Part shown: positions 20,690 to 30,900 of the stretch, piece after piece
How the letters are laid out: each line of letters starts with the position of its first letter
How positions within the stretch are numbered: position 1 is the stretch's first letter
Assembly (NCBI GenBank): GCA_965644315.1
Contig: CBFFRQ010000020.1
Coordinates: forward strand, 1-64,000
Origin: Caecitellus pseudoparvulus
Taxonomy: Eukaryota > Protista > Bigyra: Bicosoecida
Reading direction: 5' to 3'
Length of the DNA: 64,000 bases
Notes under the pieces: generated by a model
The model's input: only the letters and a program-made list of their open reading frames with translations
Databases searched by the model: none
Told to the model about the DNA's origin: nothing
Made by a program: the position numbers and the translations under genes

Positions 20690-23600
20690 ATGGCGTACTC
20701 TGCAGCTGCTGCCCTTGGCGGCGGCTTTGCTTTGGCCGCGCGAGATGACACACTGGTCGTGCTGGACCAGCGCGGTTCGCCTGTCGCGTTGCTCGATGTG
20801 AAGGAGTGCTGCGACGACAGTGGAGGACCGTTGGAGCTCCCTAAACAGGCGAATATTGTGTCAATTGACGCACGGGATGAGCTGGTCCTTCTGGCAGACA
20901 CGGGAAACTTCTGCGCCTTGTTGCTACGATCCACGGAAGGGGTGTCGTTTTCAGATTCAACTTCCGCACCCCAGCAGTGGCTGTCCTCCTTGCAGGTCAA
21001 GCACACCTTGTTCGACGCGTTCAATGGGTACCATGCTGATGACGGCGAAGGGGCCTTTCTCTGCCCCGGAGGCGTTAGCATCTCAGCAGGGAAGCTTCTT
21101 CTGTGCGTTGACAAGGATGGGCACCGCGTCAACGTGTACGATGCCCGAGATGGGGAACTAGTCACCACCATTGGCGAGGGGTTTGGCTCGCGTGAGGGCG
21201 AGTTTCACTCCCCCACAGATGTCGCGTATCTGGAGCAAGGGCTCCTGGCTGTCGCAGACACGGGCAATGCCCGCATCCAGCTGTACAGACTCGCGCAGGC
21301 TGAGGACAGCGTGGACGACAGCTCCGAAGGCGCCGATGAGGCAGTCTTTGTCGCCACCCTGCAGCCGGCTGATGATACGGGGTCGCTTCTCTGCGAGCAT
21401 CCGACTTCGGTGGCCTTTGGGGGCCCAGGCCGCCTGCTCGTGGCGTGTCCATCCGCTCAGGGTCTGATCTTTGTGGACCATGCAGGCGGCCACAGTGGCA
21501 CACTCTTCACCGCTACCAACGGCGCCCCCATCGTTGCGCCCTCGGCAGTGCGTGTGGCAGGTACGGAAGTAGTGGCCCTGACTGATGCAGGGCCTGTGAG
21601 GGCAACGCTGCCTGCGCTACCGCAGTCGCCAGGCTCTGGTGAGGCCAGTATCGATCCGTTCGCGTCGGACTCTGACCACTCCTTCCTGGCTCCCTCCCCA
21701 GCCCAAGCCGACTCCAGTGGCCCTCAAGCTGTTGCTTTGGGCAATACAGATGCAGCCGCCGCCCTCATCGCCCAAATGGAAGACGACACGTGGAGTGAAA
21801 GCTCATCTGCCAGCGCGGGGTCTCACCACGAGGCTGTGGTCTCCAGGCAGCAAGATGCCGCCGCCACCCGCATCCAGCATGCATACAGAGCATACGCATA
21901 TCGAAAGCGAGCATATGCCTCGGCGGATGCTCAGCGACGTAGAGCAGCTGAGGAGGAGGCTGCAGCTCGGCGTGCAGCTGAGGAGGAGGCTGCAGCACGG
22001 CGCGCAGCTGAGGAGGAGGCTGCAGCTCGGCGCGCAGCTGAGGAGGAGGCTGCAGCACGGCGTGCAGCTGAGGAGGAGGCTGCAGCACGGCGCGCAGCTG
22101 AGGAGGAGGCTGCAGCTCGGCGCGCAGCTGAGGAGGAGGCCGCAGCTCGGCGCGCAGCTGAGGAGGAGGCCGCAGCTCGGCGTGCAGCTGAGGAGGAGGC
22201 TGCAGCACGGCGCGCAGCTGAGGAGGAGGCTGCAGCACGGCGTGCAGCTGAGGAGGAGGCTGCAGCTCGGCGTGCAGCTGAGGAGGAGGCTGCAGCACGG
22301 CGTGCAGCTGAGGAGGAGGCTGCAGCACGGCGTGCAGCTGAGGAGGAGGCTGCAGCTCGGCGCGCAGCTGAGGAGGAGGCTGCAGCACGGCGTGCAGCTG
22401 AGGAGGAGGCTGCAGCTCGGCGCGCAGCTGAGGAGGAGGCTGCAGCTCGGCGTGCAGCTGAGGAGGAGGCTGCAGCAAGAAGCATTCAAATCGCCCTTCG
22501 CACTTCATTGCACAGACGTCAGGCACGAAGGAAGCCACTTGGCGGAATCTCTGAAGATGAAGAAGCTGAGGCTGCTGTGCTGCTTGGGGCGACGAAGCCG
22601 GCACATGCTCTGCCTTTGGCGGACGACTCCGATTCAGACAGTGTGGACCCGTTCCCTTCAGCTCGGACTTCGCCGAGGCAGTCAAGGGACTCACCACGCG
22701 AGGTGAAGCAGTCTGCCCGCTCATCTGTCTTCGAGCCACCCGTGTTGTCTGACTCAGGCACCGAGGACGCTGGGAGCAGGCACCAAGGCAGTCCTTCGCA
22801 GGGCCCGGGCACTGCGCGCAGCGAGTCCCTCGGCTCCCCCGCCACGCCTGTGGAGGCAGCGGTGCGCATACAACGGACCTACCGTAAGCATCGAGGGGGC
22901 ACAGCACCTGCACGCGGTGCTGGCGGGCCAGGCGGCCACTCTCCCCCCCATCCAACATCCCCACGAGCGGCGCTTGTGCCCTACTCGGCGACGGACACGG
23001 TAGGCTCGGTGGTGGACCGGCACGACCACCTCCGAGCAGGGTTTGCAACGCCTGAACAAAAGGCTGAACACACTGCTTCAGCTCTGGACGGAGACACTGC
23101 GGCCACGGTGATCCAGAGCCGGCTCAGGGGGTGGCAGACTCGCTCCACCCTGCGGAAGCACTTGGCATCGCCCGACAGCAAGTTAGACTTGCGCAGCTCT
23201 GCGCGGGCGAACAGTTTGCGGGCATGGGAGACGGCAGAGTCTCGCACGTCCCTTCCACCGGTGCACGGCCCCGGCGGAGCGGCGTCCTTGGCCCTCGTCC
23301 CGCCGGACATCGCCGCCACGATGGGGGAGGGCATGCTGCGGCGCCTGCACGACCTGCCGCCCGACCTGGCGGCAGTAGTCATCGCATCTCACGCGGCGAC
23401 ACACAACAAGAAGAGCGCTCGGCGCAAGGCCAGGAGTCCTAGTTCGCCTGCCGTCGGGCGGGGCAGCGTGGCGCTGGACGTGGCACAGGATGTCGCACAG
23501 CTGCAAGCCGAGGTGGACAAGGTGCAGCAGGAGCTGCAGGTGGTGCGCAGGCAGTCCAGTGAATTGACAGAAGAGCTGGCTGCTTTGTCAGAGGCGCAGG

Positions 23601-24343
23601 CAGCAGGGCTCCAGCCCCCTCCGCCGCGCGCCAAGCGTCGACCGAGCGCACCCAAGCGCAGCCCTGCCAGCCGCAATCGCAAGCGACAAAGCAGTCCCAG
23701 CCGACGCTCTGCCAGAAGAAGCAGCCCTGCTGCACACTCACCGGGAGCAAAACCCGCGCCAGCAATAGCTGCCTTGCCTCTGCACCTGGCGCCAGAGGAT
23801 GTGCCTGCGACGCCTGACTATTCTGGCGTCGTGGACGCCATGTGGCTGGAGGACCGCATCCTGCAGCTGCGCAGCCGCGTCTCCTTGCTGCAAGACGAGG
23901 AGAGGCAAGGGGCATGGCACGCCGGCCACGAGGTCATTGACGACGTCGCTGCTGGAGCACGCGAGCTCCTCAGTGCCCTGGCTGCCACCTTCCCCTCCTT
24001 GGTGCAGGCGGTGCAAGCAGGCACGACGCCGTCAGAGGCACGGGCCAGCGCAGACATCGCTGCAGCCAGGCAGGCGTGCCAGACAGAAGAAGAGGTGGTG
24101 GAGGCACTGCAGGCCCTGCTGCAGACAGACCCACACCCGTCGGAGCGGTCTTCGGCGGCGGAGGTGGAGGCTGAGCTTCAAGATGTCTTGTCGGCCATCA
24201 GCGCCACGCAGGCACAGATACATGAGGCTCAAGCAGCTCTGCGCAGTGCTGAGGAAGAGGCCCAAACCACACGGAGTCAAGCGGACGCCCTGCTTGCCCG
24301 CAGGGCACGCCTGCGCGTCACGCTCAAAGAGGCGAAGCAGTAG
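20690..24343 (+). CDS. NHL-repeat beta-propeller protein with IQ motifs, single-alpha-helix repeat and C-terminal coiled coils
   Basis: First ATG at 20690. NHL repeats: CPGGVSIS..LLCVDKDGHRVNVYD and GSREGEFHSPTDVAYL..LAVADTGNARIQLY. IQ-like motifs: AATRIQHAYRAY, ARSIQIALR, AAVRIQRTYRKH and AATVIQSRLRGW. (RRAAEEEAAA)18 lies in the middle. Confidence 0.8.
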   Translation: MAYSAAAALGGGFALAARDDTLVVLDQRGSPVALLDVKECCDDSGGPLELPKQANIVSIDARDELVLLADTGNFCALLLRSTEGVSFSDSTSAPQQWLSSLQVKHTLFDAFNGYHADDGEGAFLCPGGVSISAGKLLLCVDKDGHRVNVYDARDGELVTTIGEGFGSREGEFHSPTDVAYLEQGLLAVADTGNARIQLYRLAQAEDSVDDSSEGADEAVFVATLQPADDTGSLLCEHPTSVAFGGPGRLLVACPSAQGLIFVDHAGGHSGTLFTATNGAPIVAPSAVRVAGTEVVALTDAGPVRATLPALPQSPGSGEASIDPFASDSDHSFLAPSPAQADSSGPQAVALGNTDAAAALIAQMEDDTWSESSSASAGSHHEAVVSRQQDAAATRIQHAYRAYAYRKRAYASADAQRRRAAEEEAAARRAAEEEAAARRAAEEEAAARRAAEEEAAARRAAEEEAAARRAAEEEAAARRAAEEEAAARRAAEEEAAARRAAEEEAAARRAAEEEAAARRAAEEEAAARRAAEEEAAARRAAEEEAAARRAAEEEAAARRAAEEEAAARRAAEEEAAARRAAEEEAAARRAAEEEAAARSIQIALRTSLHRRQARRKPLGGISEDEEAEAAVLLGATKPAHALPLADDSDSDSVDPFPSARTSPRQSRDSPREVKQSARSSVFEPPVLSDSGTEDAGSRHQGSPSQGPGTARSESLGSPATPVEAAVRIQRTYRKHRGGTAPARGAGGPGGHSPPHPTSPRAALVPYSATDTVGSVVDRHDHLRAGFATPEQKAEHTASALDGDTAATVIQSRLRGWQTRSTLRKHLASPDSKLDLRSSARANSLRAWETAESRTSLPPVHGPGGAASLALVPPDIAATMGEGMLRRLHDLPPDLAAVVIASHAATHNKKSARRKARSPSSPAVGRGSVALDVAQDVAQLQAEVDKVQQELQVVRRQSSELTEELAALSEAQAAGLQPPPPRAKRRPSAPKRSPASRNRKRQSSPSRRSARRSSPAAHSPGAKPAPAIAALPLHLAPEDVPATPDYSGVVDAMWLEDRILQLRSRVSLLQDEERQGAWHAGHEVIDDVAAGARELLSALAATFPSLVQAVQAGTTPSEARASADIAAARQACQTEEEVVEALQALLQTDPHPSERSSAAEVEAELQDVLSAISATQAQIHEAQAALRSAEEEAQTTRSQADALLARRARLRVTLKEAKQ
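21938..22477 (+). repeat. Coding tandem repeat, 18 x 30 bp, encoding RRAAEEEAAA
   Basis: Unit CGGCGYGCAGCTGAGGAGGAGGCYGCAGCW, counted directly. The differences between copies are synonymous. Confidence 0.97.
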
Positions 24344-24878
24344 CGCCGGCCTGCACCAGGAGGTGACCAAGCCAGATGCCCAGCGCAGCGAGCAGGGCAG
24401 CTGCCACGGCGAGGGTTGCGAAGCCACGTGGAGTAGCCATGACTCCGTACGGCCACTGGCCTTGCCAGCGGTGCATGACGATGGCCCAGAGCAGAAAGGC
24501 GCCCAAAGCACCTGCGACGAGCTGCGAGGCATGTGCGACGCAGTGCGGTGCTGGTGCCCAGTGCCCACCCATATGAAGAAGCGCCAACAAGGCAGCACTG
24601 CCGCCGTGTCTGAGGATGTTGTCCGCGTCAATCTGAGAGTGGGGTGCTTTGGGATCGTATGCTACGCCCCAATAAGCCACGCCAGCCACGAAGGACATGG
24701 AAAACGCGGCCAGCGTGAGTGTGCAGCTTGGCTGGCCCAAAGCGCTCAGGGTTGCTGCGAGGGTGGCTGCGATGTACGCCCAGCCAGTGAAGAAGGCAAA
24801 GCAGTAGAAAGGACCCATAACCGCCAGCCTGCGCAGCTGGCCTGCCCACAGGACTAAGGCAATTGTGCAGGCCAACAT
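24324..24878 (-). CDS. Small multi-pass membrane protein, FAR-17a/AIG1/rolling-stone-like
   Basis: 184 aa with about 5-6 hydrophobic segments. Motifs FFTGW (candidate catalytic Thr), VAYW, NILRHG (candidate His) and WPYG. Its 3' end overlaps the convergent gene by 20 nt. Confidence 0.6.
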   Translation of the reverse strand: MLACTIALVLWAGQLRRLAVMGPFYCFAFFTGWAYIAATLAATLSALGQPSCTLTLAAFSMSFVAGVAYWGVAYDPKAPHSQIDADNILRHGGSAALLALLHMGGHWAPAPHCVAHASQLVAGALGAFLLWAIVMHRWQGQWPYGVMATPRGFATLAVAAALLAALGIWLGHLLVQAGATASPL

Positions 24879-25312
24879 TGTGCGGAAATTGATTGTTGCA
24901 CTTTCACCGCAAGGCAGGCAGCGCCGATTGCTCGCGAGCCGAAGCGACAGCCACAAAGCCAGTGTGAAACTGGGATGCTCTTAAAGTCCGCGTGCAGGGG
25001 GGGTGTTGGATTTGCTGTCTGCGTTCGGCAGAGTGATGAGTGCAGCGGTCCCGCAGTACACAGGAGAGTCCAGACTGCCGTTGATTAGGCACAACTCGAC
25101 AGTCCGAGAAAAACGAAAATGCGCAACCTTCGTGTGTCAGTTGCGAGCCGGGTTCCCACAGGAGCGTGCCTGCTTCCTGGCAGAGCGTGGCGTCTCGCGC
25201 AGCACTGCACCTCAGCTTGCCCTGCTTCGCTGAGCCACACTTGACACGGCACGGCTGTAGGGGCATAGACCCTTCGATTTCAGCATTAAAGAAGTAGTTT
25301 GGGCCAGGAGTC

Positions 25313-27816
25313 ATGGCGGGGAGGGCCGTTGTCCAGCAGAACCGGCGCTATGACCACTTGTATGGTGCGGATTTGCGCAGCTGCTGATCTTTCATCGCGG
25401 GCCGGCACACACGCTTCCCGCTGCCCCGCCCCAGATCCCACCTACCAGACCTCGAGCTCCAAGCAGTTCTATCGCAGTTCCCAGTCAGCAGCGTTCTCTG
25501 GGATTGTGCGTGCCTCGCAGCCCTGTGCGTTGTCCACAGAAGCTCACCATTCGCCTCCGTCTGCAGAGCCGAGTGCCCGATCGAGCTAACCTTTTCTCTG
25601 AAGTGGGGCACAAGCCCCGGGCAACCTTCCGCTTCAAGGACAAAGCCGAAGTCCCAGGGCATGTCACGCAGCGGTTTGTCCCTGAGCAGCATGCCCGCGC
25701 CCCGCCCAGTGGCGTGGATCTGGACACTGTCGCGTCAGGCCCGGACCGCCTGAAGTTCTACAAGCGACCTGCGGTGGCCGCTGTCTCCTCCCTGCCAGCC
25801 ACGCTTGTCCTGGACAAGAACCCGCCGACGGCCACCCTTCCCTCCTCAGGGGCAGCCGCCACGGGCGGTGCAGGGGCAGGCGGTGCAGCGAGTTCAGGCC
25901 GCCTGGCAGGCAGCGCCTCTCGTCGCCGCCGCCGCAATAAGGCCCTGAAGGACACATCCCTGGGGGAGACCATGTCTGCGAGCCAGCCAGGCTCTGTGCC
26001 AGGCACGGTGGACGTGGGCGTGCAGAGCATGTACCGTGACGGCGAGGCCCAGACGGACGCCTACACGCCCGACTTCGTTCTCAAGGCAGGTGACGACCCA
26101 GAGGTGCTGCACCTGGCCCACTTGCACAGCGAAGGCAGCGTGGGGGCTCGCCTTCCTGTGGGCGTCGCAGAAGTGGAGTATATTGAGGAGATGCGTGAGC
26201 GGCGGCAGCTGGAGGCGTCCCTTCCCCCGCTGACAGACGAGGCTTCCTTCATTCACCGGAAGCGGCTCATGGAGGAACTGGAGTTGCGTGCGTGGACGTG
26301 GCACGAGGCAGAGGTGGACGCAGAGGGTGAGAGGCGTGTGGCGGCGGTGCTGGACGCGGTGGCTGCCCGGGAGGCAGCGCGGGAGTGGGTGTCAGAGCAG
26401 CGAGCTCAGAGTGTGCGGGAGCGCGTGGAAGCAGACAAGGCCGCCGCCATCGCCAAGATCCAAAAGCGCCGCATCAAGACCCTGCGCAAGGCGAGCAAGG
26501 CGCGGGCCGTGCACGAGGAGTATGTCGACGCCATCACAGGCACTGGCTCTGCGGGTGTCGGCGTGGCGGGCGGAGGAGCGCGCAGTCGAGGCAAGCGGTC
26601 CCAGCGCGACATCATCGGCGAATATGCAGACTACTCCAGCAAGGTGTACGCGCCCGTGTCCCGGGTGGGCCAGGGGCCTGGGGCTGGCGGCATGGATGAG
26701 GGTGCCCAGTTCCGTGTCGAGGCGCATGTCGGGGACACCACCACCTTCACTGCCCTGGCCACTGTGGAGGCGACCTTGAAGCCAAGCACGCTGCGCGCCA
26801 GCACTCGCCCGCCCGCGCCCAAAGCCGCCAAGTCGGCGGCTGAGCGCGCCGACGAGGCCGTCGGTAGGGACTTGGCCCGAGTGCACGGCATGCTGCGCGG
26901 AGCCAAGGCTGGGCTTGCGAGTGGTCGCAGTGCAGCTGCCGCCACAGTGCCCACAGGCACCACGCCAGGCGGACGTGTGAACGTGCCATTGCCTGCAAGT
27001 TCCCTGGAGCGCGAAGACATCCCCCAGTGGCGGCGGCCGAAGGTGCGCGTGCAGAGACCCAGCACGCCAACATTTGACGACGAAGACGAAGGCGAAGCTC
27101 AAGATGATCTGTCCAACGCTGTGCTGCTGCTGCAGAAGCTGCTGCGTGGCCGAGCAGTGCAGAACATGATGTTCGAAGGCAAAGAGCGGCGGCTTGAGCT
27201 CATCAAGGAGATGCGCCAAGACTTGCTCAATGCTGCAGAGCTGGCTGAAGTGCAGGCAGCTGAGGATGCAAGGCGCGCAGAGGTTGCTGTGCGCATTGCA
27301 GAGGCAGCAGCCGTGGACACAGCCACTGGTGAGGTGGCATCTGCGACATTGGATTTCTTGTCCAAGGAGTTGGTGCGTCGAGGTGAAATGGAGCGTGTGA
27401 ACGCTGTCGTGAGGTACGCTGAAGAGACCCGGCGAACTCGGGAAGCCGAAGAAGGCGGGCGACGCCAGGCAGAGGAAGCGCTCCGTGCCAAAGCTGATGA
27501 AGTGCAGCGACAAGTCCATGCTGTGCACTCCCAGGTGGCACGGGGGGTTGTGTCGTCAGCGGTTGCTGCGGCCCTGGAGGCGGTCGCCTCTGCAGCGGCG
27601 CACGAAGTGGTCGCCAAAGAATCTGCAGCTGCAACTGACCATGCTGCCTCGGCCCCAGCGACAGCTGTCGTAGGCCAGCTGGTGGCAGGAGTTGTTGTCC
27701 CTGAAGCAGCACGACGGGCAGACGCGGCGCTGCATGGGCCTGCAGCAGGTGATGAAGACACTGCCGCCTCTGATGCCGCCACGGCTGCCTTTTCCGCAGC
27801 ACTTGGCAAGAAGTGA
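25313..27816 (+). CDS. CFAP91: Cilia- and flagella-associated protein 91 (MAATS1/AAT-1); 3 exons
   Basis: Exons 25313-25364, 25435-25505 and 25567-27816. Motifs RRYDHLYDP, SGPDRLKFYKRP, VQSMYRDGEAQTDAYTPD, LPVGVAEVEYIE, DIIGEYADYSSKVYAP and LLQKLLRGRAVQNMMFEGKERRLELIKEMR. Confidence 0.92.
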
Positions 27817-27952
27817 GCGTGGCAGTCAAAATGAACACTGCATTCAGAAAGGTTCAACCTCGTGCACCGCAAACGGGCGGTGTCGAGGTCGATTGGAGAG
27901 CGATCAACAGTTCACGCATGGTGCAATGCAGACGGCGATTCTTGGCGCTGCA

Positions 27953-30900
27953 TCACTCTTCAATGGTTGCTTCAAGTTTCTGCACGACGCTGCGCCGGTT
28001 GGCAGAGTCCCCTCGCCTGCGCCCGAAAATAGAGCTGCGGCCCTTGCCGCCCTTCCGGGCGCTCTTCAGCGCCAGCGCTGCAGCGGAACCTTGTGCATCT
28101 TCCCCAGACATGTCTTGCTGCCCGAATTTGGAGCGGGCGCCAGGACGCACGGCCCTTGAGAAGCGACGCGTCTTCTGGGCCTTGGCCTCTTGCGCCAGCT
28201 CGGCTTGGGCCGTTTGGCGCTGGGTGCCTGCCTTGCGCTTCAGGGCATGCATACGCTGGATAGTGTCTTGCATGTGTGCGTAGTGCTGCTTCAGCTGCTT
28301 CCACAGTGCATCGCTGGGGCGGGAGTTGGGCAGGTCGGCCCCGCTCAGCGTCTTGCGGGAGGCAGCAGCCATCATGAGTGGGTTGTTGTTCATGGCCACA
28401 GACGTCTCCTGCTTCTTTTCCCGCTCGGCACGCACCATGGCATGTTTTGCGCGCTTATCTTTCTTCTTGCCGCCACCCTTGAAGCAGCCCTGGAAGGCGG
28501 CGTCGCCCTTGATCACGGCGTACACCACCAAGGCGATGTACACGAAGGACGCCAGCATGGTGCCCATGACGATGACCAGCAGCGCAATGCGCTGTGCCTC
28601 AAAGAACTCGCCGCCGTTGCCGGCGTCGAAGCGGCCTGACTGGAACATGATGCCGGACACACACACCACGACAGAAACCGAGAGCAAGACGGACTCGACG
28701 ATGTTGTAGTCGGTGATGAACTTCACCCAGCCCTTCTCCAGCCAGAAGGCATCCACGCTCTGGCCCTTGTCCAGCTCCTCCTCCTCCAAGCCGGTGCGCT
28801 TCTTGGTGTTCTTGCGGGCGTCGAAGATTGAGGACTTCTTCAGCAGTCTCTGAATGGCCAGCTCCCGGGAGGACTTCTTCTTCACACCCTCCCAGTATGC
28901 CGCCACAAGCGTTGGCCACTCCATCTTGCCCACGTACGGGGAGTTGATGATGTGCAGGGTGAAAGAGGCGAAGAGCACGACGAGCACCATGGCCAGCTGG
29001 AAGGCTGGGTTGCGCCGGAACATGAGGCCACACAACGCAATGCACAGCTTGCGGGCGATGATGACGAGGTTCCAGTAGTACTTCTCGTAGTGGTAGATGT
29101 AGTACAGGCGCTTGTACATCTTGCGGATGTCGTAGGCTTCCGGGTTTTCACCTCGGTTGTCTCCCTTCTTCATGGCCATGAGCACGATGTCAGATTGGAT
29201 CTTCACGCCGTTGGTCAGCAACACCCGCGTCACGATGGTGGGGTACCCGATGATGTACACGAACACCGCGACGATGGCCCACGGCAGCAGCGTCTCCTGC
29301 ACGCCGCCTGGTAGGCCGCACTCCTCAAATACCACCTCCAGGTACAGGTTACCGTCGTCTGGGTCGGTGGGGTTGCAGTTGAACACATCGAAGGTCGTGC
29401 GGGTCAAGTGCAAGTACAGGAAGTACAGCATCATGAGGGAGGTGGAGATGAGGGTGGGCAGGTGGCGGTTGATGTCCTTCTTGCGGCCCAAGATGCAGCG
29501 CTTGTAAATGACCAGGCTCACGTGGGCCAGCCCGAACAGTGTCAGCGCGGCCAGTGGCAGCGCCATGGTGCCGAACCACTTCATGGGGTACTCCAGATCT
29601 GGCACAGAGCACTCAGGTGCCGTCAGCTCCAGGTTGAAGGAGAAGATGGACAGGAACTGGAACAAGGACAGCAACTCCACTGGCCAAGGCACCTTGGACC
29701 TCGCGAACAGTGCCAGCACCTGGAAGTAGTCCACGATGATGCTGGCCACACCAGTGTGCACCTCCCGCTTGTTCAGGTTGTACGCGACAGCACCCAGCAC
29801 CGTCGCCGCCACCAGGCCACCGACAATGAGCAGCCAAGCATTCTCAGGGCACTCCACGCACTCGCCGCCCAGGCGGTAGTGCCCAGCAGAGCACAGAGCG
29901 CAGCGGATGCCGGTGTACTTGGCAGAGCATTCGTTGGCGCCCGCACAGGCCTCAGGCGGCTCGCAAGGAATGTAGTGAGGGCACACTTCCCGCACTTGCG
30001 GCTCCTGGGTTCCACGGGGGCCACACTCGGGTGCGTTCAGGGTCAAGTTCGTGCGCCACCAGCTTGCCTCAGACCACGGGTCCTCCAGGTTGTTCTCGAA
30101 GCTGCTGCAGTTCGCGCCAAGCTTGCAGCGCATGCAGAACTCGCCCGGCATACCGTAGAAGCCTGGTGTGCAGCGAGTCAGCAACACGTTGCGCTCGCTC
30201 GGCGTGACGCCTTCGATGGTGCCGTTCAGAATCACAGAGATGTTCTGGCTGCCCACACGCACAGGGCTCATGCGGCACTCCAGGAATGGCCCAGCTGGTC
30301 CGAGCTGCCACGAGGATTCTCTGCACGGGATGTCTGACAGCGAGATGTTCACGTCGACACGGGCAGAGCCGAAGTTCTGTCCATACATCTCAAGCAGAGA
30401 TCCGCCCAGGGCATCTGCAGGCTGCGGCTGCACAAACGACACACGAGGCACGTCGTAGTGCATGGTGGAGGCCGCCGGCTGCTGGTCTGCAGACACCAGC
30501 TGAACGGGGATGTTCTCGCCGAAACCAGGAGGCGGACGCACCACAACTTCGTCGTGGTTCCACTGGACAATGCAGGGCCCCGCCACTGAGCGGCAGTCGC
30601 AGAATGCCTCGGATGTCGTCATGCGTGCACCGTACGTGTAGTCTCGCCTGCAGCAGCCTGCGCCGTTGGGTGCGCCACCGAGCCTGCCTGCTGCGCCCTG
30701 GTAAGTCTCGCACGCCCCCGTCACCTCCCCTGTGATGTCGCACTCGGTTGGGCAGAGGGCGCCGTCAGTGGCCAAGCTAGCAGCCGCTGACGTCTGCCGC
30801 AGCGCAGAGCACGTGCGGGTGACGAAGGTGCCGCCAATCTGCACGCCGTACTGCTGGCTGGGGAGGAACAGCTCGTACCGGCTGCCACTTGGGAGGCTGC

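Noticed and set aside
21938-22477. Possible CRISPR-like array
   Set aside because: Head-to-tail repeats with no unique spacers, inside a eukaryotic CDS, with no cas genes.
21639-23048. Repeat ORFs in other frames (CSLLLSC, LQPPPQ, SSAARRAAA, QLRRRL)
   Set aside because: By-products of the 30-bp repeat. Variation is synonymous in the RRAAEEEAAA frame, which is continuous with the NHL/IQ protein.
11927-24878. FAAL-ACP, vanin-like, SDR and AIG1-like genes as a lipid biosynthetic gene cluster
   Set aside because: They are interspersed with unrelated housekeeping genes (MoaC, GPATCH3-like, katanin), and there is no core synthase or evidence of co-regulation.
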